From positions 372,001 through 436,000 of the forward strand of contig NW_026250408.1 in assembly GCF_024521635.1 (NCBI RefSeq): a DNA stretch of 64,000 nucleotides, given 5' to 3'. The notes under the pieces were generated by a model that worked only from the letters and a program-made list of their open reading frames with translations, was not told the origin of the DNA and did not search any database. Below, piece by piece: positions 62,347-64,000 of this stretch (the first letter of the stretch is position 1; each line of letters opens with the position of its first letter). Source of the DNA: Tricharina praecox (taxonomy: Eukaryota). Made by a program: the position numbers and the translations under genes.

Positions 62347-63177
62347 TCACACGTTTCTATATACGGAGCTCATCTGTCGGTCCAAGTTCTTGATCTTCAG
62401 CTCCATCTGCTCCCTCCTCTGTTCCAGCTGCCTAATCGCTTCTTCCTCCTGCTCCAACATCTCATCCGTTATGAAATCTTGCTCTTGCTGCGGCGCCGGC
62501 TCCTCCTCCTCGGCATCCTCCACACCAGCATTGAGAATATCCAGCTGCTTCCTCTGCGCCTCTACAAGCGCCTCATAGATCACAATAGACTCGGACAACT
62601 GCTCAAATCGCTGTCTCGCCGTCGCGATCCGTCTGCTTGCGCCAGGAATATGACTACCCGACCCCCATCGTCAGCCGACACCCTTCCGATCATCTAGATA
62701 CCTCCCCTCGACTCCCCACACCTTCAAGGGGTACTTACAAAACACTAACGAGCTTCTCGGCACCCATCAACAGCAATTCCACATCCACGTCCCCCTGCGC
62801 TGGATGACCCATAGCGCTACCGTGACCACCCGCGCCTCCGCGACGCAACTGCGCAATCATATCGCCGCCGAGAACGTTTTGCACAGCCGTGTTTTGCCGC
62901 TGCTTGCGCTCTGCGGTGCCAGCGCGTGTCGCCGTTGGCATCGTGAATAGCGCGCGCTCTTGTACATCGCTGTCGCGGAGGAGGGAGACGATGTTGGTGG
63001 AGTGGAGGATCGCTATGTATTCTTATCAGCTCCCGTCATTTCGAACCCGGATCAAAGAGTGAGGACTGGACGGCACAGACCATTGGTGAAGATCTTAGGG
63101 GGCGCGAAGTGGAGGGATGTGATGTTGGATGCAGATTGAGAGATCTGCGCAAGGGGCTGCGCGAGGAGCGAATCCAT
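62347..63177 (-). CDS. SPC34: DASH/Dam1 complex subunit Spc34, 3 exons
   Basis: Spliced N-terminus MDSLLAQPLAQISQSASNITSLHFAPPKIFTNAILHSTNIVSLLRDSDVQERALF; DVDVELLLMGAEKL; C-terminal coiled coil (EEEAIRQLEQRR). Confidence 0.85.
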
Positions 63178-63517
63178 ATCTGTATCGACCCGTGAGGTGG
63201 GGAGGTCGTGGAGTTGCTGTTGTCGACGTCGTCGCGTGGGGTCACATCACATGCATGCAGATCCCACGTCAACGCGGTGCGGCAACGAGTGACTAAGTAA
63301 AGTACCTACATACAAACCGCATGCAAGCGCGTTAATGTGCAAGTTGGCGACCGGTAGATTTCGAGATAGGTTCCTGTGGGCCCACAAGGGTGCTGTATTC
63401 GGCAATTACTCCACATTACTCCAGCCACAGCCACACATGAAAAAAGTATTGGCGTTGTGAAAGAGAGGAAAGCAAATGGCGCATGCGGGTGTGAGTGAGT
63501 CGTCGCGCTGACAAAAA

Positions 63518-63678
63518 TAATGTTCTTTCTCTCCGACCATCGCGGCGCCGGCAGGAAAGATTGTTGTGGTCACGCAACAAAACAAACTAATGTTCTCTCT
63601 CTGACAAAAAACCGTCTCCGCGCTGGCAGGAAAGATCGTTGTGGTCGCGCAGCAAAAAATAATAATTGATGTTCTCTC
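63518..63678. repeat. Two-and-a-bit imperfect ~70-80-bp direct repeats (TAATGTTCT..GGCAGGAAAGAT.GTTGTGGTC.CGCA.CAAAA)
   Basis: Seen directly. Confidence 0.75.
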
Positions 63679-64000
63679 CTAGCTCCACCACTGGTTTACA
63701 GAGTCCATCAAATTTTCTACAATCTCCTGGTGTTCTGCGTCTACAAAACGGTCTTCTTCTATCATATCATGGACAGCATAAAGCTGTTGGTTAAGACGTT
63801 CCCCTAGTTCGCGTAGCTGAAGAACGATTCCCGTCACAGTGATCGGTTTGTCCACCGTATGATACGCGTAACTTTGATTCGGACCTGACAGAGTCCAGGC
63901 TGCCATTACTGTAATTTCGCCGTTCCTCCGTGTTTACAAGCGTTGAGTTTGGCGTACACTGTACTTACAAGTGGCCGGTACGCGTCGTATTCTTCCTTTG
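63679..64000 (-). CDS. 3' end of an unidentified gene entering from beyond the window
   Basis: Open frame ending ...ENLMDSVNQWWS*; GTAAGT donor-like site at ~63968. No recognisable motif. Confidence 0.3.

Noticed and set aside
63030..63060. GGTTCGAA T-loop-like motif on the minus strand
   Set aside because: Lies within the SPC34 intron and no cloverleaf is evident; not a tRNA.

Overview
Eukaryotic, intron-rich filamentous-ascomycete DNA (short GT-AG introns with CTRAC-type branch points; gene content and style suggest Pezizomycotina, possibly Pezizomycetes, which is an inference). The left ~22 kb is accessory and gene-sparse. It holds a spliced hAT transposase whose catalytic Glu appears mutated, a small Cys-rich orphan gene, a GPI-anchored Ser/Thr-rich wall protein, an uncharacterised degenerate-vWA/Cys-cluster protein, and a large Gln-rich regulator fusing a Rua1-C-like domain to several C2H2 fingers, among many microsatellites. 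The right ~42 kb is a compact housekeeping block: LRO1, MAK3, YCS4/cnd1, CDC7, UBC4, cystathionine gamma-synthase, a short UCH37/BAP1-like hydrolase, POM152, UTP22, ATG9, COG6, glutaryl-CoA dehydrogenase, SAS2-like MYST and SPC34. It is interrupted by a 1.6-kb non-autonomous TA-flanked element with perfect 23-bp TIRs (40794-42387). No tRNA, rRNA or CRISPR array was recognised. I found no unambiguous new multi-gene system; the best leads are the Rua1/C2H2 fusion and its divergent vWA-like partner, the TIR element, and the inactivated hAT. All exon boundaries and family assignments were made by eye, without database searches.
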